This document shows positions 13,416-25,115 of a DNA stretch of 64,000 bases, one piece after another. This stretch comes from Basidiobolus meristosporus CBS 931.73 (Eukaryota; Fungi; Basidiobolomycota), in assembly GCA_002104905.1 (NCBI GenBank), contig MCFE01000044.1, positions 135,527 through 199,526 on the forward strand, read 5' to 3'. How positions within the stretch are numbered: the first letter of the stretch is position 1; the number at the start of each line of letters is the position of its first letter. A model generated the notes under the pieces. That model was not told the origin of the DNA and searched no databases. It was given only the letters and a program-made list of their open reading frames with translations. The translations under genes were made by a program, and so were the position numbers.

Positions 13416-13899
13416 TGCGAGAAAAACATGGAGGTGTCGGGATTTCGATGATCCAATCATATCTTTAATTGCTTCGCCTTAATATAGTTTACAGCACTGA
13501 GTCTCAGAGTGAACTCGGGTTAACATCTCTCCTGTAGTCTTTTAGTAAATACTTTTCTTCAACTGCCCCTAGTAAATAAATCACAAGATTCTAGCAAATT
13601 TTCCATTTCGAGAGGCCGTTCTCCATAGTGACCAAGAAATTCACAGCTTGTTGCATTGTGTAACATTGCTGATGGTTAGAGCGAGTTTCTTATTACCAAC
13701 GTCATTACTGCTTTTTCAAAAAAATCTTGATTTTCTCACGAGGCGGCTTCTAAATGGCCAGCCACCTGGAAATTGGATCACGATGATTAGCCTGGGAGCA
13801 TGACATGGTTGTTGGGATAGGGGCCGTTGCCTTATAAGATTATGCAATGCTTCGGTTCCCACTGGAGTTTCTTTCGTTCTCTATTGTAGCTATCTCAAT

Positions 13900-14853
13900 A
13901 TGTCTGCCGCTTCTAATGTCATTATCTATGGTGGCTCTGGCGCACTAGGATCCTCAGTAGTCAAATTCTTCAAGAAAATGAATTGGGTATTTGGCTATTC
14001 TTCCGTGGGTGGCACTTCTGTCGGCTAAAATTTTGATACGCAGTCTGTCATTTCTATCGACCTGGTTCCTAGTGAAAGTGCCGATAAGAACGTTACTCTA
14101 TCCCCAAGCGATTCTTTTGAAGAGCAAGGTTTTAAAGCACTAAGCGAAGTCGAGAAGCAGCTCGCTGGCAACAAAGCTGATGCGGTTCTCTGCGTGGCCG
14201 GTGGCTGGGCAGGCGGGAACGCCTCTAGCAAAGGTAAACCGACCAAAGAGTTCAGCTTGAATTGCAGTCACAGTCTTAACAAAGCAACCCACTCCAGATC
14301 TCTTCGCCAATTCCGAACTCATGTGGAAGCAAAGTGTACAGACCTCTCTGATTGCCGCACATATCGCTTCCCAACACTTAAAAGAGTAAGTAACGTCTTG
14401 ACGGGTGAATTGGACATGCGCGAATTAAACAAATGTCCATGATACGTAGAGGTGGCTTTGTTTCCTTGACCGGTGCCTATCCTGCACAAAAAGGAACACC
14501 AGGTATGATTGGTTACGGATTGGCCAAGGCCGCCGTTCACCAGTTGGTACAAAGTCTGGCTGAAAAGGCCAGCGGTCTACCAAAGGATTCCAAAGTCAAT
14601 GCAATCCTACCGTAAGTGCAAGCGAGTCATTTGATTGCATTTCTCTCCCAGTTCCTAACGTGGCATCTACAGAATCACCCTTGACACACCAATGAACCGC
14701 AAATTCATGGGTGATGGTGCTGACCTCTCATCATGGACACCGTTGGACGCGGTTGCCGAGAAGTTGTTTGAATGGGCCACCAAGCCAGAAACCGTCGAGA
14801 GTGGAAAGCTGGTGGAGATCATCACAAGCGAAGGCAAAACAGTGTTCCACTAA
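13900..14853 (+). CDS. QDPR: Dihydropteridine reductase (quinoid), SDR family, multi-exon
   Basis: VIIYGGSGALG, ADAVLCVAGGWAGGNAS, TPGMIGYGLAKAAVHQL, and P|ITLDTPMNRKFM...SWTPL, all diagnostic QDPR motifs. Confidence 0.93.
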
Positions 14854-15034
14854 GCCAGCTTAGTAGCCAACTGAAAACACCACTTAATAAAGAATACTGC
14901 TTATAGCTCCTTTAATGAAATACCACCAGATTAAGGATATAACAACTACAAAATGGAATCGTTTCTATGGATTGAAGTGTGCGGAGGATAGAATATATAT
15001 ATGGAACAGCCATGCAACGTTGCACCTCTAAGAT

Positions 15035-16078
15035 CTACTTTCTGATCAAACGTAAGAACTCCTCACGTGTCTTGGGATCATTCTTAAACACTCCGAGCAT
15101 CGAGCTGGTCACTGTGGAGCTGGATGGCTTCTGGACTCCACGCATCACCATACACAGATGACTGGTAAACGAGACAAGGTTAGTGGTTGGTGGATGGAAA
15201 CAAACCCGCCAGTTCCCGAGATGAAGCTAACCTGCACTCGATGACCACAGCGACACCTTGGGGTTTCAGAATTTCCTGAAGGCATGTGGCGATTTGTTTG
15301 GTCAAGCGTTCTTGCACTTGAAGACGCCGGCTGAACATTTCTGCGATGCGCGCCAACTTGCTCAAGCCAAGGACTTTGCGGTTAGGAATATATCCGATGT
15401 GCACCTAGAGCGGTGTTGTTAGAGCCGATCGCAGAGGAGAATACGTGGAGGTTTTTGGGAGTACCTTTCCGGTGAAGGGAACCATGTGGTGCTCACACAG
15501 GGAAAATATGTCAATATCACGAACTATAACCATCTCTTCGTGATCTAGAAAACGTTCAAGCAATCAATATCAACCCTGAATCTCTATTGTTCAACACTCC
15601 CGTCGGTACCTTCGTCGAACACTGCTTCGTTAACCAGGTCTACGATGAAAATTTATCAGCTTTCCAACAACCCTCTGTATCAAGTCCAAGCGTATCTTAC
15701 CGCGAATGTTTTGTTCATATCCCTGTGAAAAGAACATAAGGGCTTTCGCATATCGTTCAGGTGTTTTGATAAGACCCTCTCTATCAGCGTCCTCCCCGAT
15801 GCACTCCAAAATGGTCTTTACCGCACCGGCGATTTTCTGGATTCTAGCCTCTTTTTGGTCCTCTGATTCTTCGAGGCGAGCCTTGGTTCCGAGACCTATT
15901 ATTTTGGCGGGTTACTTCGCGGGAGGCGAGCACAAATCTGCACTAAAGTGGACTTACTGGGGTAACTCAAGCCGTCCATGTCGATAGGAGAGTCCACTCT
16001 TTGAATAGGCGAGGAGACTCTGCTTAGCGCAGGCGAAACGGCAGCTCCGTTCAACTTTTTTTCGTTCTGTAAAGACAT
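15035..16078 (-). CDS. GCH1: GTP cyclohydrolase I (Fol2/GCH1), multi-exon
   Basis: [76 protein letters not shown] and [12 protein letters not shown]. Confidence 0.96.
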
Positions 16079-16573
16079 TCGGTTAAAGGGGATACAGGTT
16101 AACTTATATTTGAAAATTTTGGAAACCAAGCATGTGGGTCTCACCTTCATATACTAGGAAAAAAATCATGGTAAATTCTTGCTACCCAACATATTATCAA
16201 TTCCTAAGCGTGGTGTCCCAAGCCAATCACCTCAAGACGAACCAGCCTCGCTCAGAAAGAGTACTGAGCCTGATCGTGAGAATTAATGCCACTCCGACCA
16301 ATCACTCAGTAGTTCACACTACCATTCTGCTGAAACGAATGTATCAAGATCCATTTCATCAGTTTGAATCATTGAGGAATGAAATGATTTCAGAATGGAA
16401 CAAATGTTCGCGAATATCTGGTCCCGGAAATCGGAGGCTCCCATTGAGGATTTATTGGTGGGGTTTATTATGCGCAAAGTGATGGAGCGAGAATCATGAA
16501 AATTTTTATATCGATACTGGTGTGCTCGAGTTGGACTTATAATTTGTAATTGCTACTATTTCAGTGCTTAGCA

Positions 16574-17294
16574 ATGTTGAGCTATACAAGTTCTCAAGTT
16601 TTGACGGTCGTCAGAAGAGCCGCTACTATCAACGCCGCACTTCCGGCTACTAGCATTCGCTCATGTAAATATCCTCTTTTGTGAATCCGTAGGCTGCACA
16701 TATTAATCCACATTTACAGTTGCCACAGCTAAGAAGGAATTGCCATGGAGCCGTGATCCCTCGAAGGAATATCCTCTCAGAAAGAGCTTCTTGCACGCCG
16801 AATATTTGAAGCGTTTGGAGGCACCAGTTATCGTTGTCTTGCAGCACAACAACTTGACCGTGCCTGAATTTATTGAAGCTCGCTCTCAATTGAAGAAGGC
16901 TGGAGTCAAGCTTCAGACCATGAGAACCGGTATTCTTCGTGTTGCTATCAAGAAGACTCGCTACGAGAACCTCACTCCTTTGTTGTACGGACCCGTATGC
17001 TTCGCTTATACCGAGGGAGCCGAGGCACCCAACGCCATCACTGCTATCCTAGAAGTTGCCAATAAGAACAAGAAGTTGAACGTTCTTGGCGGAAAGGTCG
17101 AGAACTCTCTTGCCAACATCGAGGATTTGGCATTGATCTCTAAGCTTCCTTCATTGGATCAATTGCGCTCCGAGTTGCTCGGAACTCTCGATCATCCTGG
17201 TCGCACTATTCATAACATGCTCAATAGACATCCACAATCGCTACTCCAAGCACTTAGCCAACACGAGAAGAACCTTTCAGGAGAGTCTTCTTAG
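16574..17294 (+). CDS. Mitochondrial ribosomal protein uL10m; short presequence exon plus main exon
   Basis: Presequence-like MLSYTSSQVLTVVRRAATINAALPATSIRS, one intron, then an L10 domain (VVLQHNNLTVPEFIEARSQL, LGGKVEN, ISKLPSLDQLRSELLGTL). Confidence 0.82.
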
Positions 17295-17480
17295 GAAGTC
17301 TGCATTATTTATAGTTCCATGTTCTAGCTAACTCATTCCTATCTCTCATCTTTCCATTCCAATAAAATCATCGCATTATATAGAGAGAATCCATGCTCAA
17401 TGAACACGACGTACAATGGGTGGCTGTTTATTACGGTCAATATTTACAGGGCATTCGAAGCCCGCCACAATCCCAAGGAA

Positions 17481-18417
17481 TTAGGGGAGTGTCATGCTAA
17501 AGTTATTTCTACCAGGTCCATCATTGACGAGATTCTTGCGGTGAAATTTCTCCTGGATCGTCTTGGCGGGCTTGCCGAGTCTGAACAAATAGTAGGCCAG
17601 CTTTTTAGCAAAGTGGCAAGACACCTGCTGAAACCCGAGATTCGCCATAAATTCCTGCAAGTACTCGTGGTTCAGATAACGGGAGTTGGTCACGCATGGG
17701 AGTGGCACCACAAAGAAAAGGTACCCGGAGGGTAGGAGGAAGTCTCTGGTTTTGGCGATCATAATACCTGTTTGGATGTAAGCATAGGATATGCAGAAAT
17801 ATTGGAATAGCCGATCGAATCGAGCGACTTATTTACCTCGCTTCAGAGGATCTCCGACAAAGTTGACTACCAATGAGAGACATACTATGTTAAACCGATT
17901 CGAGTCCTTGTTGGGGGCTTCCATCTCAAGAAAATCTTGTTTGATGATGTTAGAGTCTCTAGGGTTCAGGTCTATGGACGTAGTTTTGATCCAGGCTGAC
18001 TGTTTCTTGTAGTTCTCACTAGATAGCGCTCCGATATCAAGTAAGGTGATATTTGTCTAGGGGAAGATTAGCCGCTACTCCTCTACTCAATCCACACATG
18101 TCGCGTACCTTTACTTCGTCTGGAATGCCGATCTTCGCGAGCTCCTGTACTAGCCATTTGCTGGTATCTCCGCCTCTAGTCTTACTAGCTCCCAAAACAG
18201 AGGCTCGTTGGTATAATTCAAGACCACCCAATTTCTCCATCTCATTTTTAAGCTCGGATATTTTGTCAGGATCCGAAGTTTTCTCTACTTCTTTGTTTAG
18301 TACATGATAGCGTCGGATAATTTGTGCCGTCTTTTTCTTGAAGGCGGCTGGCTTAGCCTTAAGTAGGGAAGTGTCCTCGAAAGTAACTGGCTTCTTTCGT
18401 TTAGTAGCACGCGGCAT
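17481..18417 (-). CDS. BMT2: 25S rRNA adenine-N1 methyltransferase Bmt2, multi-exon
   Basis: IIRRYHVLNK, LGGLELYQRAS, RGGDTSKWL, TTSIDLNP..SNIIKQDF, CLSLVVNFVGD, FFVVPLPCVTNSRY and GPGRNNF. Confidence 0.9.
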
Positions 18418-18691
18418 GACAATTACGTGAAAGGGCTAAAACTAGGGATTTCCCGTGGATATTATGGCAAGAAAAAAATCGCTCCTGGAGATTAGAAAAA
18501 AATGATCCAGAGGATCAATGTATGCTCAGGTGATCACTGACTCCTGCGTGACTGTCCTTGTAGTCGAGACAGTCACTCCCCTTGACCTTGGTTAATATCT
18601 GATATATTTGACAAATAATCCTTCCACATTTCCACTGACTCTTTAAAAAGCGCCAACCAGGTTGATATTGTTGAGAGTTTATGCTTCTGAG

Positions 18692-20092
18692 ATGTCTACC
18701 GCTTCATCCACAGCCATTCCTTTCCAAGATCTAACCTCACCCTGTCTTCGAAAGCTGCTCCGCTACGTCGAAAAGGACTTTGGCGTACTATACAACTGCA
18801 CTAAAGTAAACAAGAACTGGTGCACACAGTCAACAGAAGTTTTGTACAGTAATCCGTGGAGCTTTTTTAACAACCTCAAGCTAGGCTCCAAAGAGCAAGT
18901 TAGGGCTATGCAATTACTACGCACTTTAGCCAACAGTTTAGAGCCTTCTACTCTAGAAGCAGAGCTAGCCAACCTAAAAACAGGGGAGAAAACCATGTTC
19001 CGGTACTATGCATTCGTTAGGGCAGTGGATCTTTACCAGCTTCACCTTTGCTTATGGCTGGAGTTTCGGAATAACATTCTGTTCGAGGAAACCGGGAAGA
19101 TTCTATGGCAGACATTTCGCGAAAGCATCAGTCCTAACCTCAAGAAACTCATCTGCGGTGGGGCTGTTCCGTATAATGAGATTTTCCCACAGGGAGTTAC
19201 CTATCCACGCCTTACTCACTTAGAAGTGAAGGTTTTCAACTTTGGAAAGCCGCTGAATTCATCCCATTGTCGCCTCATTGCCGACTGTTGTGGTAACCTC
19301 ACTACTTTCCGATTCTCTCACGGGAACAGGGCCCATGGGATGCCGTTGGAGTTCACAGAATGGGACATCGCCAGTATTATTCGTGCACAGAAACCAAACA
19401 GTTTGAAAACTTTCTGCCTGCAGGGCTTGCGATACATCAGACTTCACCTGATCATCGAGGCATTGATTGAACGTCACAGCGAAAGCTTGACCCATCTCAC
19501 TCTTGATAATTGTATCTCGCTAGGGTCACGAGACTTCCGATCCATAGCTCCTCTGAAGCAGTTACAATCATTGAGCCTGCCCTGGTGTGTTCAAGTAGAC
19601 AATGAGGTGATCATGTATTTAACAGAGGCAATCCCATCGATCACCGAGGTCAACCTCTCCGGAACGCTGGTGACGGATTTGGGAGTCAGCAGCCTGATCG
19701 AAACATTAGGCGAGAGTCTTCATGGGCTGAATGTAAGCTACCTCTATTCGCTGAACGCCGACACGATCTTTCCTGTGTTAGCACGCCACGCTTGTAATCT
19801 AACGCACCTGTCATTGGAGAGCGTTCGATACAGCTATGAGACCATCTGGAAGTTTGTATCCTTCTGTCCTGACCTTGAGTTGCTTATTCTGGGTATCCCA
19901 CAAAGAACGAGCATAGGAGCGCTTGACACTGTCATTAGGTTACTCAACAGCTACCCAAAGCTCCAGTACCTTGACATGGTCAACTCCACTGTGCCACAAC
20001 ATGCGGCCGACTCCTTTGGAGCCTATCCGAATCTGAGGAAGGTGAGGATCTCCATTGACGGGTTTCGTCAAGAGCTGGTCTTACGGGAATGA
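18692..20092 (+). CDS. F-box-like / RNI-type leucine-rich repeat protein, intronless
   Basis: N-terminal F-box-like LTSPCLRKLLRYV...LYNCTKVNKNWC...VLYSNPW, followed by LxxLxL repeats (LTHLTLDNC, LQSLSLPWC, ITEVNLSGT, LHGLNVSYL, LQYLDMVNS). Confidence 0.8.
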   Translation: MSTASSTAIPFQDLTSPCLRKLLRYVEKDFGVLYNCTKVNKNWCTQSTEVLYSNPWSFFNNLKLGSKEQVRAMQLLRTLANSLEPSTLEAELANLKTGEKTMFRYYAFVRAVDLYQLHLCLWLEFRNNILFEETGKILWQTFRESISPNLKKLICGGAVPYNEIFPQGVTYPRLTHLEVKVFNFGKPLNSSHCRLIADCCGNLTTFRFSHGNRAHGMPLEFTEWDIASIIRAQKPNSLKTFCLQGLRYIRLHLIIEALIERHSESLTHLTLDNCISLGSRDFRSIAPLKQLQSLSLPWCVQVDNEVIMYLTEAIPSITEVNLSGTLVTDLGVSSLIETLGESLHGLNVSYLYSLNADTIFPVLARHACNLTHLSLESVRYSYETIWKFVSFCPDLELLILGIPQRTSIGALDTVIRLLNSYPKLQYLDMVNSTVPQHAADSFGAYPNLRKVRISIDGFRQELVLRE

Positions 20093-20216
20093 CTTCCCCT
20101 CGATTTACCCCATCCCACTCCGATGAACCCAATCACCAATAAATATCACGAGGCGCAGAAAGTCTATTTATTAAAGCGGACGGGGAATAACAAGATATAA
20201 GGAGATTGCTAGTCTA

Positions 20217-20501
20217 TCACGTGAATTTAATGGTCCTAACGAACTTGGCTGGATGGAACTCCATGCGTGGGTTCTTAGCATCAATCTTCCCCAATGGCTT
20301 CTTGCATCGCTCATCCGAGAAAATCTCAAATCTGATGTGATCTGGATCGTTAGTGTAAGCAGAGATGATTGGGAAGTCAACTTTGTAGCAGTCTCCGTTT
20401 TTCGCCTCAAAGGTGGCTATGCCGATATTCTCGATGTCAAGCACAGCGTCGCATTGGATGTGTCCAAGTACTGATAGGGTGAAGAGGATCAGGGGAAGCA
20501 T
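20217..20501 (-). CDS. Small secreted protein of unknown function (94 aa, 2 Cys in the mature part)
   Basis: Hydrophobic signal-like N-terminus MLPLILFTLSVLGHIQC, beta-strand-rich mature region, and a TATA-like TATAAAA about 40 nt upstream. Confidence 0.6.
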   Translation of the reverse strand: MLPLILFTLSVLGHIQCDAVLDIENIGIATFEAKNGDCYKVDFPIISAYTNDPDHIRFEIFSDERCKKPLGKIDAKNPRMEFHPAKFVRTIKFT

Positions 20502-21515
20502 TCCGAATATGGTGAGGCTTGTCGTGGCAAGTGCTTGTACTTTATAATGGCCGCACTCGCCGCCAACTCTGGAGCACCCCGCGTTTCAAGCGGTGTTTTT
20601 GCACTGCTGATCAGGTGATGGATGGCAGTGGCCATCTATGGTAGGTGCATCTTTTCAACAACGACTTGAGCTGTGGTGGACGATCTGTGTTTGATTCAGT
20701 GTATGAAATGTCATCAAGTGTCTGTCAAACATGGCCCAATCCCTGATTCGACGTATGGTTGATACCCAAGCCTTGATCTCGTGCGAATCTGTATGACATT
20801 GTAGTCACTCATCAGACTGATTCACCAGAAATTAGCAGGGTTTTGATGTGTGCATTGGGTGTGAGTTGTAGTTGGTTTATTTGGAACCGCAGATTGAGCA
20901 TTCAATTTGAATCAAACATGCTTATTAATGTTCATCCATAGGGAGGCGTCCATTCCTGTTTCTCTGTGGATATTGTGCCAATAAGCAACCCACTATGCCA
21001 TTTCACACATCAGTCCAGCTAGATGCTTAAGTCTGCATTTATACTGATCTGAGAGATCCGCTTCGATCGTATTACCTAATCAGTCCATGTTTAGGCAAGG
21101 GATGGGGTCGCCCCCTGTAGGGCTCCCGATGCGATCCCTATTATCTGCTTCCTCGTGTGGGAGCGATGAGATAAGAACCGGGTATTCTAACGTCACTTAA
21201 AGTGGTTGTAATCCTTACACTTGGTAATTCCTAAACTAAGCCGTTTAATATAGCATATTTGCCCTTCTTTCTCGGTTCTAAAGTGCCCAAGCTTACGATT
21301 TTTCAACAACGATTTTTGTACCCCAAAGTAGTTTCCGAAGTTCCTTTCCACCCTTTTCTTCCGTTTGAAGATCCATTGTCGAGAGAAGAATTCAACCACT
21401 AAACTCGCCCGAAAGACCTCTGGGATCGAAACCATACGGCGGTAACGACCGGGTTATTTTAACCTTCGTCTCCAGCTAATAAATGCTAAATCAAGCGCTC
21501 TGTTGCTTCATAGGA

Positions 21516-23056
21516 ATGTCCACTTCTCAAACTATTTCATACAATAAGCGAGCAAGTTTCGAGTTTCAAGATTCTCCTTTTCCCCAGAAAGGGATCTCGG
21601 GCAAACTTCACTCTTCAGATATGTCCAGGCAAACAGGTTGGTATCTCTGGGCTAGTGTCGGCTGATTTTCTTGTTCACTAAGTGAAAACCTACTTATAGT
21701 ACCCATGGAAAAGAGTTGTAAACCCGACTTTGCTTCACCGTCAATCTTATCGGTATCAAACTTGTTATCTCCCCTCCCAGCTACCAACCAACAATCGCCC
21801 AGCCAATTTGCCAATCCAAGCTCAAAACTCGACCTTGAGCCTAACCCGTTCGAACAAAGCTTCGGTACTGCCACCACAGAAGGGACCGGTGCTACCGACA
21901 CTGGAGCGGTCACACCTAAGAGTATCCTCCCACCTATCTCTAGTATAGATAGCCCACAGCCTCTTCGAGATTCATTCCCCTGGGGCGAACAGTCCCTCCG
22001 ATCAGGGCCTTTGTCGCCTTCAATGCTTGTAAGACCTCAAAACCAAAAAGGACTGTCTCGATCCACCGCCTTTAGTCCTTTCGGTTCACAACCCTCCCCT
22101 ATGACTGCTGCACTGTTAGGAGCCGCAGGCCAGGTCACCACGAACTTTCTCAACAATCTACCAAATCATTCCCTTCAGCTCAAAGTGAGCGACATGAGTC
22201 CTTCGTTGAATCTCAAACGAGCTAGCCAAGCATCTGCCAAACCCAATACCTCATCCAACATACCAACTTCTGGCCAACCCACGCCAGCGTTCCAACCAAC
22301 TAATTCATCCGCCCAAATCAACCTCAGTACTGCTGGCCAGGCTGACCTCAAGGGTCACGAGAACCAAGCAACCGCGCGGCTGACCAAAACTCTTCCACCG
22401 AAATCCCGAAAAAGCAAAACAAAGAGCCCTAGCCCGTCGGATCGGAGAAAGAGTACGGTTAGCTTGGTATCTACCGAAGGAAATGGCGATTCGGATGGGG
22501 AGAAAGAGGAGTTGGAGCACGATGGTAAGCACAAGAAGATCAAGAACGATGATCCAGAAGAGAAGCGCAAGAACTTCTTGGAAAGAAATCGGCAGGGTAG
22601 GTGTTGTGGAAATAGAGTTCTTTAAAAAGTGGGAAAAACTGATGTGTTTACCTGATAGCGGCGTTGAAATGTCGACAGCGCAAGAAGCAGTGGTTGAACA
22701 ATTTGCAAGGACAAGTGGAGTACTATACTCAGGAGAATGAACAGTTACAGAATCAGGCCGCCGCCTTACGCGAGGAAATCATTAACTTGAAAACCCTTCT
22801 GATTGCACACAAGGATTGTCCAGTGGCCCAGAGCAACGGTGTAGGATTGGATCTTGGAGCCTTGACGAGCACAGGACCAGCCGGGAATTCATCCAGGATC
22901 AACCCGGCAATGAGTATCCCACTGATGCAAAGTAATATGAATCAAACGATCGCCCGATCTCTGGGTGGAGCACCGGGGATTTCAAGCATGCACAATCATC
23001 AGATGCATCCCAGCGCCTCCAATCCCAACCTCAACCCAAACATGATGCGGTTTTAG
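21516..23056 (+). CDS. ATF1: Atf1/Sko1-type stress-response bZIP transcription factor, multi-exon
   Basis: KLDLEPNPFEQSF (Aft1 OSA motif), LPPISSIDSP, WGEQSLRSGPLSPSML, and bZIP EEKRKNFLERNRQ|AALKCRQRKKQWLNNLQ. Confidence 0.88.
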
Positions 23057-23348
23057 AAGCGTCTAGGCCACTGGGTAGAAACGAAAACAATAACAATGTT
23101 TGTCGTTGCTGTTGTAGATAATGGTTTCGTGCAAAAACCACCTCGCGTTTGACGCGTGTACTTTTTCCCTTGTGTTCGTTCTTCGATGTATTCATCTTTC
23201 ATTTTTGCTTAGGCACTTTGAAAAGGGATTGATATAAATAAGCATTCCTCCGATGTACGGAGCGTTCGGTTTATTTTAGTTGGTGTACAAGCCGCTAGTG
23301 CCAGTGTGAATAGTTCATTAGCCTGCCGGAACTGGGGGGATGCCGGAT

Positions 23349-24856
23349 TTAGCTGTTGGCCTTGGCGTTCTCCACTAGCCCCTTGAGCTCGGAGGATTCC
23401 GATAGCTTTTTCAATAAATTGTATATCAATGGGATGAAGTTGTGTCTTCTCCTAGCGTTCTCTTTCTGTGGGCATAGAGGTTGAGGATCAGCAGGCGCTT
23501 ACCATGATGGAAGCATGTGGTGCTAATAGATTACCTTCCAGCGATGAAGCTTCTCTTCCTCATATGAGAGCTCATGCTGAAGCATGGCTTTTTGATTTTG
23601 AAGCTCCTGGATGCTTTCCTCGAGCTCCTTGGAGGGCCCCTTGAATCAAAGGTTAATCGCAGGTACGGATTGAGCGTTGGGTTGATGCCATACCTCGGCT
23701 TGCATCTTTTCCATGGCCTCTATCTTCGTGTCGAGCTCGCAGATATCCTGATAGTAGAGATCGACCGGATCCTTGGTAACCGCCATCAAGTTGAATCGAA
23801 TCTCGGAGGAGGCATAGCTGGAGTTGAGTCGGTCATTAGTTTGGAAAATGGCAGCCTCCATGGTCAGTCTTACTTACGTCGCCATGCGATCCTGAATGAT
23901 GGGACGAATCTTTTGCAACCAATCTGCGTCCGTGCATGGGCCTAATCATGCAAAAGTGAGTGATCGTGCAGCTTGTACTATCCAAACTCATGTACGTACC
24001 CAAGTTGATAGGATTAGGCTTTAACCCGTCTAACTCGTAAAGGGTACCATTGATAGGCATGTAAGTGATGAAATGAAATACGTCATCCTTCTCGGTGGCC
24101 GGTAGGGGCGTCTCGTTTTCAAAAGGATCGTATCTAAACTCCATGTTAGGTACTCAACCATGCTACCTCCTATATCGGATCAACCAACTAACCTGGCAAA
24201 GCTATTATGAACCGTACGAATGGTATCACTATTGGAGATGGCTAATCCTCTCATCTAGTAGGGCTCGTTAACAACACTGTAAGTGAAATTGTATCCATAG
24301 GGAAGCAACCTACTTCCGGTGAGAAATCCCCAGCAAAGCTTTTGAAGTTCGTGAGTTCACTGCCCAAGTCAATGTCCTTCGCGTTTAAAAGGATAGAAAG
24401 AATCGCTTGTGTGGCACATGCATTATTGATCACCTAGACAGGCTTGGGTTCAGTATCAATGAGGTTGGTGATGAGGCTCACGAGATATATCGACCTGGTG
24501 CGCAAAAAAAACCCCATCGTCGTTATCGTGGTCGCTGGTGGCGTGCTCCTGAGTAGGGTTGCCTCCACTTTGCCATTTGAAAAGAAAAACTAGTCCATAT
24601 ACATGTCTTAAAAAGCGATTAATATTCTACTTGCAAGGCGGTGTTTTTGTAAGCTATGAGGAATTACTTTAGTTGACTCAAGGTCTCGTCATCCAAACTC
24701 CACACCTCCTCAACGCGAATCCCCTTCGCCCCCATGTTCGAGATAAGCTCTGTGAACACGCCTAGAGTGGAAATGAGTAGGACATCCACAGTGCTACTTA
24801 AAAGTTGGGGTAATACCTGGATCACTCTCTATTAAACACCATGAACCGTCTGCCAT
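23349..24856 (-). CDS. UCH37: Ubiquitin C-terminal hydrolase UCH37/UCHL5, multi-exon
   Basis: [61 protein letters not shown] and [11 protein letters not shown]. Confidence 0.94.
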
Positions 24857-25033
24857 AATGGATATAGGTTTGGAAGATTCAATATATGAAGCCACATAGG
24901 TATCAATTTATTGCTAGTAATTATACTATTTACACATAGGAATGTGACGTAACAATGGTAGGTGGATTCGCTCGCAGCATTCATAAGTTGTGCAAACAGA
25001 AAAAAAAGTTTACCTTGAAAACCATTTCCGCCA

Positions 25034-25045
25034 GGTCATGTGACC
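25034..25045. promoter_or_regulatory. E-box-like GGTCATGTGACC in the UCH37/SF3A1 divergent promoter
   Basis: Near-palindromic 12-mer in a ~260-bp head-to-head gap. Its reverse complement recurs at 28825-28836. Confidence 0.3.
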
Positions 25046-25115
25046 AGACACCAGATTTTTGAAGCAGACAAATACTAGTGACATGAAATCAGTTCGTACT
25101 TCGTACACATACACG

